Of a stretch of 64,000 nt of DNA, positions 35,341-47,102 are shown piece by piece. Origin of the DNA: Blepharisma stoltei ATCC 30299 (Eukaryota; Protista; Ciliophora); the NCBI GenBank assembly GCA_965603825.1, contig CBFDEM010000036.1, forward strand, positions 806,001 to 870,000, written 5' to 3'. Each line of letters opens with the position of its first letter. Position 1 is the first letter of the stretch. The notes under the pieces are model-generated. The model had not been told where the DNA came from. It did no database searches and saw only the letters and a list, made by a program, of their open reading frames with translations. The position numbers and the translations under genes were made by a program.

Positions 35341-35952
35341 ATGGAAAGTTGGATTAATAAAATTCTTCCTTCTTGCTGTGCAAGAGGCAGAGCAAACAAA
35401 ATATCTGAGCCAGAATTAATTCGCTCTCAAACAGCTACAAATAATTTAACTCCAGTAGGCAAAGTAAGGAAAGAGGAATCAATTGATATTTTATCACCAA
35501 AAATTTTCGAGAATAACTCTGAAAATAACCCAGAGAATGAAGAAAAAAAGGATATAAATTACATTACTCTAGATGAAATTTCACCTATAGGGCCACCTAT
35601 AAATGCTGAACCTTTATCACATTTTGGTAAAGTTCAGATTGAAAATAAAAAGGACCAAAGAGAAGTCATTGACTCAGGCAGCCGAAATAGTACAAGATCT
35701 TCATTCAATTCCATGGATAAGGTCTATGTACTTTTAGACCAATTTCGATGCGCAAATTGCGCAAAAAAAGCAACAGGCTGATGCACTGGGTGCCCTTCAA
35801 AGAGGTTTTGCTCTGAATGCTTCACTTTGGAGCACCGAAATGAAGATTTAAATCATAAATTTTGTAAATACAAAACTGATAAGCCAAAAGCAATGCCAAG
35901 TTCGGTGCTTCATGCATTGGCTCTTTTATCAGTTAAAAAACCCAAAAGTTAG
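35341..35952 (+). CDS. B-box-like zinc-finger protein (~203 aa)
   Basis: CANCAKKATG[TGA=W]CTGCPSKRFCSECFTLEH...H; ends at TAG 35950-35952. Confidence 0.72.
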
Positions 35953-36130
35953 TTTCTATGAAATCTTGGAACAAGATGATTTTAATGAAATTAATTGATT
36001 TGTTAGTATAACTGAAATTTTAATTAAAAATAAATGAAAAGTGAAATAAATTAATAAATTCGGCATTAGTAATATTAATAAAAAATTATCGTAAAATCAT
36101 TAATTTGTACGTTAAGTTACACCTACGTGA

Positions 36131-37069
36131 TTACTTGTGTGGTTGGGATATAATTACAATTTTAGCTACCTCTAAATATGCAGGCTGAGAGTATTTTTTT
36201 CGAATTGCTTGCAAGCTGCACTTTTCAGCACCTTGAACAAGCATACATAGATCTCTCGCACATGGTTTTAGGTCTGATTCTTTATAAGGAGAATTTTCTA
36301 CAAGAGACTGTGGCCACACTATTTGGCTTCCTTGGATTTTATTTGCAAGATAAATTGCTGAAGCAGCAAGAATCGATGCTTTATACCTCAGCATTTTATA
36401 CTCAATAATTGAAAGCTCAATAAAGTATTTAGCCATGCTATAGCCTCTTTCATTTAAATTAGAAATTCTTGCATATCTTTCTAAAAATCTCAAAGGACTG
36501 ACAGTTGTAATATTAAAATCAAGGACCCTCAGTATTTCACTTTCCTTTCTAATTATTTCTTCTTTTGAGCAGCTTTTATCGCTTATATACACGAAATCCT
36601 TTATTTCTGGGGCATAAATTTCTTCAAATTTTGAAGCAATCAGCATAGAAGTGACCCCGATAAGCTGGAGTTGGTTTCTTGGTATAATTTCTTTTTCAAG
36701 AAATCTGTCAATTATATTGACAGTCAAGAAAAGTGTTTCAGGTAAAAGTTTGAATTTGTGATGGACCTCAACAAGTCAATCTATAAGGATGGCTCGCATT
36801 TTTTCACTGATATCGCGCTGAGATCTCATGTAACCATATTGTGGAATGTATCGTTGCTCTATGGTATGAAGGTAGGAGAAAATGTCTTTGGCGTAGTCTC
36901 CGAGTCTTTGGGGATCTGATTCGTCTTCTTTGTCAATGTCTCGAGTTTGAAGGGGAACTCGTGTGAGGTCAGAGCCAAAGGAACGATTTGTGGAGGGGAG
37001 ATCGCGATGTTTTCCTCGAAAGTCTAAATTTTCTTTGTCTTCTAAGGAATTAAGACTTTTTAAATTCAT
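36131..37069 (-). CDS. Mitotic (A/B-type) cyclin (312 aa)
   Basis: Cyclin box MRAILID[TGA=W]LVEVHHKFKLLPETLFLTVNIIDRFL and LIASKFEEIY; N-terminal KEN motif. Confidence 0.95.
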
Positions 37070-37289
37070 CTCGTTTGAAATTAATTATAACGGAATACTG
37101 GGGACTGAAGATTTTAATTCAAAATTGAAATTTTAATTACATAGCCTAATTTCAAATAAAATTTCTTATTTAATTATTATAAAAATATATCTAAGTGGCT
37201 TTCTTTTTAATTAGTAAAGAAAGCATTTTTTGTCTTATTCCAAGCTATTTTATTGCTACAAAAATTTAAAACTTCAAAGTCTTTATCTT

Positions 37290-37930
37290 TGAAAATTAGA
37301 AAAGAGCCACAAAACAGTCAAAAAGTTCAGAAATTGTTGATTCGTGCAAAGCTGAAAATGAGATAAAGCAGAAGAGCAAAGCAAATCTTTGCTGCAACAT
37401 TCCAATAATAAACGGAATCCAAGGACTTTGGACTCTCTAGGCATTCAGCCTCCACGGACTTTGCCAAAGATAGCAAGAATCTGATTTCCCTATTAAAAAT
37501 TCACATTTAGGAAACACTGAAACTATTGAAGATGGAGGAATGTTTAAAGTGAGTGAACAGAGGAAAAGTCGAATGGAGAAGGAAATGTAGGATTGAGTGC
37601 AATAAATATTCGCTGCATAATGCAGAAAGAAAAGACTTTGGAGGGGAAGTTGATGATGAGGTTAAGAAAATGCAAACGTTGAAATTGAAAAAGTAGAAGG
37701 AAAAAGCGCATTGGAAAAAGCTGGCCAAGCAAAGGGTGATAACTGTAACAGAATTGAATAAAATCTTTAAATTGATAATAGCTATATAAAGATAGCAAAA
37801 GTAAATATGCAAAAAGGTATAGAGCGAGAAATACTCGGAACGTAATTTTTAATGCCACAAGAATAAATAATTGGAAGTCTATGGCTAACAACTAAAAGCA
37901 GAGGAGCTAGCAGCGCGCTAAGAATTAAGT
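37290..37930 (+). pseudogene. Decayed paralogue of the 38089 gene
   Basis: 37326-37530 aligns by eye to about 38227-38475 (ACTCTCTAGGCAT at 37432/38357; AGCAAGAATCT at 37472/38398) with many small deletions. Outer limits are approximate. Confidence 0.7.
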
Positions 37931-38088
37931 TTAATAGCTATTTGATAATGACTACACATTGGAATTAGTGGAACACTTTTCAATAAACTCCAAGCATCAT
38001 AAAGGGGTCTTATTAAAATTTAGCATAGCCCCCTGAAATCATTTATTCATGATTTTCTTTAAATTTTAAATAGAATAATAATTAAATA

Positions 38089-38967
38089 ATGGAAAGATCT
38101 TTTGACTCAGAGTTGGATAACTTGGAAGCTGTAATTAACCAAGCCAATAAGTCTGATTTAGAATTTTTTGAAATGATTAAAATGAGTTCAAATTCAAGCT
38201 TAACTTCTCTCATAAGTAAAATCAACTCACAGAAAAGCCTTGTTGATCAGCTATGTGAAGCAAAAACGGAAATTGAAATAAAACAAAAGCTCGAAGAAGC
38301 AAAACAAATTTTTGCTGGCAACGCTCCAATAATAATCGAAATTGAAGGACTATTAAACTCTCTAGGCATCCAATCTCTTAAGGAATTTGCCAAGGACAGC
38401 AAGAATCTTATTTCATTACTTCTAAAAAACACTAAGGAATTAGAAGAATGACTCGCTGAAACATTAAATTTTATGAAAGAAGAAAGAGAAAAAGCCTTGA
38501 GCTATAAAAAAGAAGAGCTTTTAGCAAAACAAAATAATCAAACCTTTCAGGCCGACTTTATCGCACCACGTCGTGATATGATGGATGAAATTAGGAATCA
38601 GGAAGCTATAAGAAATAAAGAATTTAATGACAAAATAAACAAATTAGCAGCAGAATTTCAAGATCAGAGAGAACAAATTAACATCCAAGGCCAAGAGATC
38701 AACACTTTAAAAAATTTATTAGATGAAAAAAGCTCAGAAATAAGCACTCTTCAGGAATCAGTAGATCAGAAAGCCGCAGAAATAATGAATTTGAATGCAG
38801 GAATAATAAGTTTGAATGTAGAAATGAAAAAACAGAGTCAAAAGAAAGACGCAGAAATAATAAGTTTGAATGTAGAAATGAAAAAACAGAGTCAAAAGAA
38901 AGACGCAGAAATAATAAGTTTGAATTTAGAAATGAAAAAACAGAGTCAAAAAATTGAAAATACTTAA
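38089..38967 (+). CDS. Coiled-coil protein with 18-aa tandem repeat (292 aa; possibly truncated)
   Basis: Two track ORFs join via TGA 38449-38451; TAA at 38965-38967. Confidence 0.75.
38797..38951 (+). repeat. 54-bp near-perfect tandem repeat, ~2.9 copies
   Basis: Units start at 38797, 38851 and 38905: GCAGAAATAATAAGTTTGAATGTAGAAATGAAAAAACAGAGTCAAAAGAAAGAC (AEIISLNVEMKKQSQKKD). Confidence 0.95.
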
Positions 38968-38983
38968 GACTGCTTTCAACTAA

Positions 38984-39163
38984 AGAATTTACCTAATTAA
39001 AAGCAAAAGAAAGGGTGGGCCTGGTTTGTGCAAAATGTGCGGAAAAAGCCATCAAAAATGCACAAAGTGCTATTTTTGCAACGATTATGGACACAAGCAA
39101 AAGTGGTGCCCTAGAAAAAAGAGACATCAGAAAAGATTGAAGAATTTAGAAGTTAAAATCTAA
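38984..39163 (+). pseudogene. Out-of-frame CCHC zinc-knuckle coding segment
   Basis: The +1 frame relative to the 38089 gene reads RIYLIKSKRKGGPGLCKMCGKSHQKCTKCYFCNDYGHKQKWCPRKKRHQKRLKNLEVKI-TAA, with C-x2-C-x4-H-x4-C at 39068-39109. Confidence 0.65.
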
Positions 39164-39611
39164 TTAAGAATTCTTTTTTAATATGGAGTCAATAAAAAAT
39201 GTCTAATTGCCCTGACAAAATCTCAATTAAAAGATTTCTTAAAGCAAATAGGAGCTAAATTTTTTGTATCGTGAGAATCATCTCCAATTGCACATGTATC
39301 TGTAAAAACAAATTTTCAAATATCATCTTTTAGTAATTGAACTCCTTCGCAGTCTTAACCTTTAATGGCAAGTCCCCCAGCTCAATATTTGCATTTACAT
39401 TTTTAATTTTTGATTCATCTGGCCTTGGATGCTTAACTCGCTGTACTTTTGCCTTCTATTGCTTTGTATTGACATTATAGGTTGGTTTGGGGTTTGAGCT
39501 GACTCTTCTTATTCTAAGATTTCTTCTTCCTCTATATCGGACCCTTCCATATAATAAAAGCTATAAATAAAAAATATATGCATTTATAATTTTTAATTTT
39601 AAACAAAATAT

Positions 39612-40925
39612 TTAAAACTCCACCTTGCATCCAGGTCTCACCACATTTTGCAAAGTTCTCTTTTCATCATTCCCCATAGGATTATTTTCAAGCTTCAGCA
39701 ATTCAAGCTTATTCATTCTCCCTAATGCGCCTTTCAAAAATTTCACACTATCATCTCCCAAGTTATTATTTCTTAATTTCAAAGTCTTTAAATGTGTCAT
39801 TTTAGGAAGAGCCCCAGCCAAATATCTTGCGCCTTCTGCTCCCAAGCCGTTGTAATCTAAATCAACTTCTTTAAGCCTTGCCATTCCTTGGAGGACCAAA
39901 CATATATGTCTGGCTCCAGTCGCTCCAAGGGAATTTTTTGCAAGGCTTAATACTTGCAGCTCTTTGAGATCTTGCAAAGCAGAAGACAATGCTTGAATGC
40001 CACTTCCTCTTAAATCATTATCAAATAAAATAAGTTTCTGTAGCTTAGTAAGCTTGCTTAATGCTTCTGCCAATGGTTCTGCGCCATCAGATCCTAAGCC
40101 ATTACTGCCTAATTTTAGAATTTCTATCTGTGGTAATAGAGAAAGTACTTTTACCAGGTGAGGAATACCTTCTTTTCCAATTTTAGCTTTATTTAAATTG
40201 ACTTTTTTGAGTGTGTAATGCTTTTCAGCAACAATTTTTTGGAACAAATCCTTCATTTTTAATGGGATTATTGCTTGGTTTTGTTGATAATATGTTTTAA
40301 TGTCCTCTATAACTGGATTTGCAGCCCAGCCCATTTCAATAGTCATAAAATCCCTTATTTCAAAAATCACTTCTTTAACTTCTCCTGAGCACTGCACCAG
40401 ACAATCTTCAGGCTCTTTCAGCTCCCTAGTGCGCTCTATAATAGGGTTCCCTGCAGGGATGTCTCCTGGCTTATCTAATTCATTAAGTGCACTAATAATC
40501 ATTGCTTCTTTTGCAGAAATTTCTTGAACGAAAGCTGAAGTCAGATTTTTAGTGTCCGCAATAATTTGTCTTATATAGCTTTCCTGCTGTGAATCAATAC
40601 ATTCCAACGTGTCTTCTCTGAATTTTATTATTTTGTTCATTTCTCTTTCCAAAGTGGCACGGACCACTTGTTTTCTTACCTCTTTTTCTGAAAGCTGATG
40701 CCCTGATCGAGAATTGTCACCTCCTTGTGACGAATCATTGTTTCTGTTAAATGAAACAGATTTTTTCCCTGGTTTCTGTGGCTCCTGTGCTTCTGATATA
40801 GCTACAGCTTGGTGATTCCCAGGCTCTGATTTATGCCTGTCCATATGTGGCTTGCAGAATTTCCCGTTCCTACACTTACAGAGAAAAATTGCTTCATTTC
40901 CGCAGACTTCGCATAGACTTATCAT
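39612..40925 (-). CDS. RNI-like LRR protein with N-terminal Cys/His zinc finger
   Basis: CEVC...CKC...FCKPHMDRH, a coiled coil, then ~28-aa LxxLxLxxNxLGxxGA repeats. Confidence 0.88.
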   Translation of the reverse strand: MISLCEVCGNEAIFLCKCRNGKFCKPHMDRHKSEPGNHQAVAISEAQEPQKPGKKSVSFNRNNDSSQGGDNSRSGHQLSEKEVRKQVVRATLEREMNKIIKFREDTLECIDSQQESYIRQIIADTKNLTSAFVQEISAKEAMIISALNELDKPGDIPAGNPIIERTRELKEPEDCLVQCSGEVKEVIFEIRDFMTIEMGWAANPVIEDIKTYYQQNQAIIPLKMKDLFQKIVAEKHYTLKKVNLNKAKIGKEGIPHLVKVLSLLPQIEILKLGSNGLGSDGAEPLAEALSKLTKLQKLILFDNDLRGSGIQALSSALQDLKELQVLSLAKNSLGATGARHICLVLQGMARLKEVDLDYNGLGAEGARYLAGALPKMTHLKTLKLRNNNLGDDSVKFLKGALGRMNKLELLKLENNPMGNDEKRTLQNVVRPGCKVEF

Positions 40926-41061
40926 TTTTGAAAAATTTATTAATATGAATTTTTAATCTGCAGCTGATTCCTTATAATCTCTATGCAAATTGTTATTGCT
41001 AACAGGCTATGGTACCATTTAAGTAAGCTAAAGGTAAAAAGCTTTATAATTAGTGGTGAAA

Positions 41062-41355
41062 ATGGTGAAGATGCCAAAAACAATCAGGACTTATTGTCCT
41101 AAGTTGAAGACCCACACCGTCCATAAAGTCACCCAATACAAGAAAGGAAAAGAATCCAGCTTGGCCCAAGGAAGACGCAGATATGACGCAAAACAAAAAG
41201 GATATGGTGGCCAGACCAAGCCTATTTTCAGGAAAAAGGCTAAAACTACAAAGAAAGTCGTTCTCAGACTTGAGTGCACTAAATCGAAGGTCAGAAGGCT
41301 TAAAGTCATCAAGAGATGTAAGACATTCATTATTGAAGAAAAGAAAAAGAAGTAA
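41062..41355 (+). CDS. RPL36A: 60S ribosomal protein eL42 (L36a/L44)
   Basis: [40 protein letters not shown] and IKRCK. Confidence 0.97.
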   Translation: MVKMPKTIRTYCPKLKTHTVHKVTQYKKGKESSLAQGRRRYDAKQKGYGGQTKPIFRKKAKTTKKVVLRLECTKSKVRRLKVIKRCKTFIIEEKKKK

Positions 41356-41395
41356 GACTACCTAACAAACTTTTCTCAATCTAGTTTAGCATAAA

Positions 41396-44140
41396 TTAAT
41401 TATCTGCCTTTGATTTCGGCCTATACATCATTTTCTTATAAGTTTCTTCAGTTGGGTACACAAAAGAGCTGCGAACCGCATCAGGGCAAAGTCTAATCAG
41501 ACTTTGGATCCCAGCTTCCACCTTTGTGTGTAAAGGAAGATTTTGGTTATTGGAATCAAATAGATGTTTTTCTTCTTCAAGCTCTATTAGTTCGACGTTA
41601 ACAATGCTGGACATATCGAAGGCTCTGCAAAGTGCTTCTAAGAACTCCACAAAACTCATCTCAATATGCCTTTTCTTGTATAATTCGTCGACTTGTGTCA
41701 TCATTGCTAAATTAAAGCAAAGATCTATTTCTCTGCTTGCAAAATTATCATTTACAAGCCCACCTTCAGTACATAGACTTCGAAATTCGTCGAGGCACAT
41801 AAATACTCGCTGCCCAGGAAGAGTTTTTTTGCCACTGTATTTTTTGTAAATTGCATCTAGTATTGGTTTATGGGCTTTTAGGACCAAATCGACCTCTTCA
41901 CAAAGGTATTTTTGGTCTCTCCATATATTTGTATCCATTTGTGTCATATTTCGCAAAAAATTGTCTTTAAAAATTTTTTGAACAGAATCTGCGATGTTGG
42001 TGCATATTTTATTTCTTAAAAATCTATCATTAGCAATCCTAACCAGGATTTCCATAAATTCATATCGTACTAGGGCACTGCCAGGATTATAAATTTGGCC
42101 TTTTTCTTTTGGCACAATTGCAGAGTTCCAGTTGACTCCCATATCACTTGCCCCATAAAAATTGTCGATAAGCTGGCATTGATTAAGAAAATCAGTCAAA
42201 ACATTAGTCCCTATAGAAAAAAGTTCAGACCCTCCATATGCTGACAAATTTCTATAAGTTTCTTTTATATAAATATAACATTTTTTCAAAATATCCTTTA
42301 CAGCTTCTTGATCAGCTGGATTTTTCACAAAATTTGCAAGTCTTGAGTATCTTCAATCAAATTCAAAGCATTCATTTAGAATTTCCTCTGAATCGAATTT
42401 GTAGTCTTTAAATAAAGATATAGGGATATTCCATGGAATCCTTTCTAATTCTTCAACTGGTGGCTGATATACTCTTCCTAGTGTTCTTGGTTTAACATTA
42501 AAAGAGTCATTAACTCCGTATACTTCTCCACTCACAGTTCTGATATTTACAGCGTGGATATTGACTGCTTCTGTGTAGCCTTCTCCATAGTGAAGCTTAC
42601 TTTTAAAAGGCTGGTCTAGATATTTTATTTTGAAATCATCAGACTTCATAGGGCCATTTAAATCACTGTAAAAAAATCTGATAAGTCCTGGAGGAACTGC
42701 TCGAGATAGCTGGTAAGAGTTGTTTGGAAGCTTATCCATTAGTTGGGGCTCGTAGTTATCACATTCTAAATGTAAGAAAATAGGCTCGGTTTTGGCTTCT
42801 CCAGATCTGCCTGGGACCCATATGAATGCCATTTCAACCCATTTTTCACAGACTCAGCAGTTCATTGTGATACCTTTTTGAGGGGGTTTATTTTTCTTAG
42901 ACTCGAGGATTCTGTGGAAGAAATGGCCTTGCTCAAGCTTCCCAGAATAAGCTGTTGGGATAATAAAGCCTTTTGAGTCAATATAGCAGTCATTGCCAAG
43001 CATATGGATCCCAAGCAAATCATGATTTTCGCTGAGCCCTTCTCCAATAGTTTTACATTCTTCTTCCTTAAAATTGTTATGCGAAAGATCTAGATGCCTG
43101 AGGACTGTATTTATTCTTAATGCCTTTGAAATTGCCTGGGCTACATCTAAATTTTCATATCTTCCCATCGCATTTCATGATAAATCCAGCTGTTTAATAC
43201 AATCATTCTGATATAATCCTTCAAAAATCTCCAGCGCTCCAGTTCATCTTAAGCTATTTCAATGAAAATCTAGACATTTTATACAAGTATTGTACCTTAT
43301 CATTTCTTTTATGGCTGATGCAGATTTTGAGCTAAGGTTATTGCAAGCTAAATTAAGCTTGGTCACAGTTTTATTTTCTGTTAAATGCTTACATAACTCA
43401 ATTGCAGCATGGTCTCCAAGCTTTGTTTTTTCTAAATTGATATGTTTAAGTTTAGAATTTTGCCTAGAAGTGAGCTCAATGATTTTGGCTATTGATTTAA
43501 TTCCTATAGCATTGTCAGCCAAACTCAATTTTTTTACATTTTTATCTTGAAGATTTTTTAAGATTTTGACGCTTCCACTTTCTGTGAGCCGGTTCGAGCC
43601 TAAATCTAATCTTTCTAAGTCTCTATAATGGTTTAATCCTCTTGAAAAAGCTCTGGCATAATGATCACCCATACTATAATGATTAATATCAATTGCAGCT
43701 TCTGGACCTTTCCTCCTGATAATTCCAAATGGATTTGGGCTTAATCGTCCTTTATCAATTTTTTCTAAATAGGCTAAATTTGGATTTTCTTCAAGATTTT
43801 CAAATTGGGTTCTTTCAGATTGATTTCGAATATTTTTATATGACTCAAAAAACTCAAGCCGAGCTTGAGCACCAAGAGGCCCTGGATAGAACTCCATGCT
43901 ACCTTTAGATAATAGTCTTTCAGGTGGTTCTTCAATCATATTGTGGACATTTTCTCTAGTTATAGATCTATGCTTTATAGTTTTTGACGAAAAAATTGGA
44001 CTTGCCTGTACTGAGTTTGGTGTGGCTGAAAATTTAATTCTGAAGCTTTTGCTCTTATTTATGATAAGAGGCAATGACTTTTGATGCTTAACTGAGAAAA
44101 ACCCAAAATTCAATGAACTAGAGTTGTTGGGACTGGACAT
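41396..44140 (-). CDS. Large RNI-like LRR protein with EF-hand-like C-terminal region (914 aa)
   Basis: Four track ORFs lie in one frame, joined by TGA=W: LDFH[W]NSL, LDLS[W]NAMG, NC[W]VCEKW and FEFD[W]. Confidence 0.87.
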
Positions 44141-44545
44141 TTTAATGATGTTTGTTTATCTCCATAGATTGGTAAAAGCCAATATATATTTTAATTATTA
44201 AATTCATAATTTCAAACATAATCATTTTCCATAAAATTTGATATGAGAATTACTTATATCGTCAGCCAAAAAAACAGAAATTCCACTATTTATTTAATTT
44301 TAAAATAATTATTTACTCTATTAACAAAAATTTATATTTCTTTTTCTCTAGAGCAGAAATAATTTGTAATAAGATCTTCAGCTCCAATAGAATGAGATAA
44401 AGACTTAAGTCATCCATATTTTAAAAAACTGCAATGATTCTTATCAGAATAAATAAAGCTTCTTTTAAGGAAGCAAAATTGAAACTCTAACAATAGAATT
44501 GTTACTAGGCTTGTCTCATTCCAGCTATAAAACATATTAACATAA

Positions 44546-45209
44546 ATGGCCAGCCTAGCCATGAAAGCAATCGGTGGAAAGCTATCTTCAAATTTTTCCA
44601 GCAGTAATATTGATCTTAGCAATATCCGAGCACAATAGTCACATTGACTGGCACGACTACAATTTCCCACCCTGTCTCAAACTAATTCATTTCAAATTAA
44701 GCGATTTCCAAGGAACTGAAAAAGCATTAATCAAAAAGCTTTACATTAGCTGAATTCTGCTAACAGTTGTTTTATTCAAAAACGTCATAACTACTATTGT
44801 CCTTTCAAGCACAGTTCTACCAGGAATAAATATTCTTTTCACATTTCTAAATTTGATAATTGGAATGACTCTTGGGACTTTTACCTTCTTCTGGGGTTAC
44901 TATGGAGTTGCCAAAAGAGATAGCAGCCATCTCAGGAAGTTCAAAATTGGAGCTGTCATATTAGTTATTTTGTATATTTTGGCGAGCTGCTTGCCATATG
45001 GCGCTTTTGACGGATGGGCTAGAATTCCAATATTAGAAGACAAGTCAGGGAGAGCAGCTGAATATGGGATAGTTATGTGTGTGATGGAATCATTTGTATA
45101 TACAATTAATGCAGGGCTGCTTTCTTATTGTATTTATTTAGTTCAAACTGATGCTGTATTTTTTATTTAGTATGAGGATGATGCTAGGAGTTTCACAAAT
45201 CAAAATTAA
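44546..45209 (+). CDS. SCAMP-like four-TM membrane protein (~210 aa, two introns)
   Basis: After the 16-nt intron 44604-44619 comes DWHDYNFPPCLKLIHF, then four hydrophobic helices. The 15-nt intron 45156-45170 contains the track's apparent TAG stop. Confidence 0.7.
44604..44619 (+). other. 16-nt intron
   Basis: GTAATATTGATCTTAG; removal restores the frame. Confidence 0.8.
45156..45170 (+). other. 15-nt intron
   Basis: GTATTTTTTATTTAG; matches the consensus and contains the apparent stop. Confidence 0.65.
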
Positions 45210-45284
45210 GATAAATTTAGAAAGATTATAATTATAACTTAAATATTGTCATAAGTATAGTTATTATCAAGCCAAAAAAGTAAC

Positions 45285-47102
45285 CTATTGTTTGCCAGGA
45301 AGATCAATCTTGATCATCCCTTCGTCTATTCACAAAAATTCGATAATTTTGGATATCGAACTTATCAAAATATCTTTTGTTTTGAATTTAAAGCCTTCCA
45401 TAAGGTATCTTGGCTCCAATAAAATTTCTTTCTTATTGTTTGGTGATTGTGCACTAAGCAGGATTTTTTCTAAGTTCTCTTCATATTCAATTATATAAGC
45501 TCGAATAAAATACGTTTCTTCAGTCCTCAATTTGGATTTTCCTCTAAATATAAGTCTCTTTTTCGGTTCTTTTGCTGGCAGTTCTTGGTTAATGATGACT
45601 GTTCCATCTTCAATCTTCACAGCTTCCATCAACTGCCTTGCTGCATTTTCATCTAAATTATCAAGGCTGCTAACACCAAGAAAGCAGCATATCTCATTAA
45701 CAGTATAGCACGTATATTTAGGCTTAGGAACATTTGAGGTCAAGGGTTCTGCTTGCAATAAAACATTATTTTCATTTGATTTTGTGTTATAATAGACTCA
45801 TCTGAGCTCCTTCATAGCGATTTCATGCTTTTCTTCTTTTGTAATCGTTATAAAATATAGCTCGCCATTGATTATTTTCCTGCCATAAGTTAAGTAATGA
45901 GGACATAATCTTTTGCAAGCTCGACTGTTTTTATAATTAAGACTGCATTTCAAGCGTCGCGCAACGCTTTGGATTGCAAGAGCAGCACTGCTTAAGTCTC
46001 CGTATTTTTTCGGTTGAGAATTGTTAGTTGAATCAGTGCTTGATCGAGAAATTCCTGACGAGCAAGGTGATCTTGCATCATCTGGGTTTATGGTATATGG
46101 AGTATTGTCACTAAGATTTCCTTGGGAATAGCCGCTATTTTGATTTGTGCTAATATATTGAGTTTGGATACCCATAATTTCATTAATTCTTTGGTATTCA
46201 GCATAATCTGCTGCATTGCTGAAGTCATGATTGGTTGAGTAAAATTCCATATGCTCATCTGGAGAGAGCAAACCACGAATTGGGCTGAATACTTCTGAAT
46301 TAAATTTTTTATGTACAGGGTGGATCATTCCTGCGTTTTTGCTTATTGGACTTCCCCTTAATTCAGGCAATTTTCTTAAATTTCCAGCTGAATTTTGTCG
46401 GCGTGGCCTCACAAAAATATTTTCTGCTTGTTTTTCCACCTTAAAAAATTCTTGAGCATGATTGTGATTATTTACATCAGTAAAACCGAAATCCTCACCC
46501 AAAGGTGAGATAAGAGGCACTTTTCTTACCGTAGACCTTCGGCGGCCTTGGGGTGGGAGAGGGATAATTTTTCTTTTTGATGGAATCTTCAAGGTAAGTT
46601 CTTTATCAGAAGTTGGAGGTAAAATATTTATTTCACTGGCCCGTCTGCTTTCAATTTGTGCTTTAGGTGCATCTTCTATTAGGGATTTACTGGTTCCATA
46701 TATTTTTTTTCATTTTTCTCGTTTTGTGATCAACTCTGGGTCAATATCAAACTGATTTTTCAGGTAATTAGCATAATTCCATCATTTTACTTTCTCTTCT
46801 TCATTTATATTATCAGAAACCTCAATTGAGGAAGCAGGACATCCTGAGTCCTCATAAAACGGCTGTATGACCTCAAGAATTCTAGAGGCTTCTTGCGCGT
46901 AGTTCAGATTCAATAGACTTTTCGCCAAATGTATTGATTTCTGAAAAAAATCTTTGCACAACGTATCGCTCTCTGCTTTCTTGAAATCTGAGTGGGACTT
47001 ATAGCGCTCTTTAAGTCTGTTGATCCAGTCATCAAAATTTTCCAGTGTGAGGTTAGATGTTTTCAGCTCTTCAAGTATATTCGAAACCTCTTTTTCAGAC
47101 AT
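45285..47102 (-). CDS. Hypothetical protein with IQ-like motif (~605 aa)
   Basis: Three track ORFs lie in one frame through four TGA; AALAIQSVARR; TAG at 45285-45287. Confidence 0.72.

Noticed and set aside
25921-35952. TAG=Gln (old 'Blepharisma' table 15) or TAA/TAG=Gln (Tetrahymena/Paramecium code)
   Set aside because: TAG and TAA end genes at the expected C-termini (e.g. actin 3534, SOD 25921, RBR 27063, PP2C 28773). Internal ones in intact genes fall inside tiny introns.
38797-38951. CRISPR-like array
   Set aside because: The units are contiguous and in frame with no spacers, and the context is eukaryotic.
38964-39000. TTAA-bounded 33-bp segment as a retained IES or piggyBac footprint joining the zinc knuckle to the upstream gene
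   Set aside because: Excision leaves the TAA in frame and does not shift frame; TTAA is abundant by chance here.
46676-46690. Candidate stopless 15-nt intron GTAAATCCCTAATAG (minus strand)
   Set aside because: It lacks A at position 10 and there is no protein motif to test it against; unresolved without RNA-seq.
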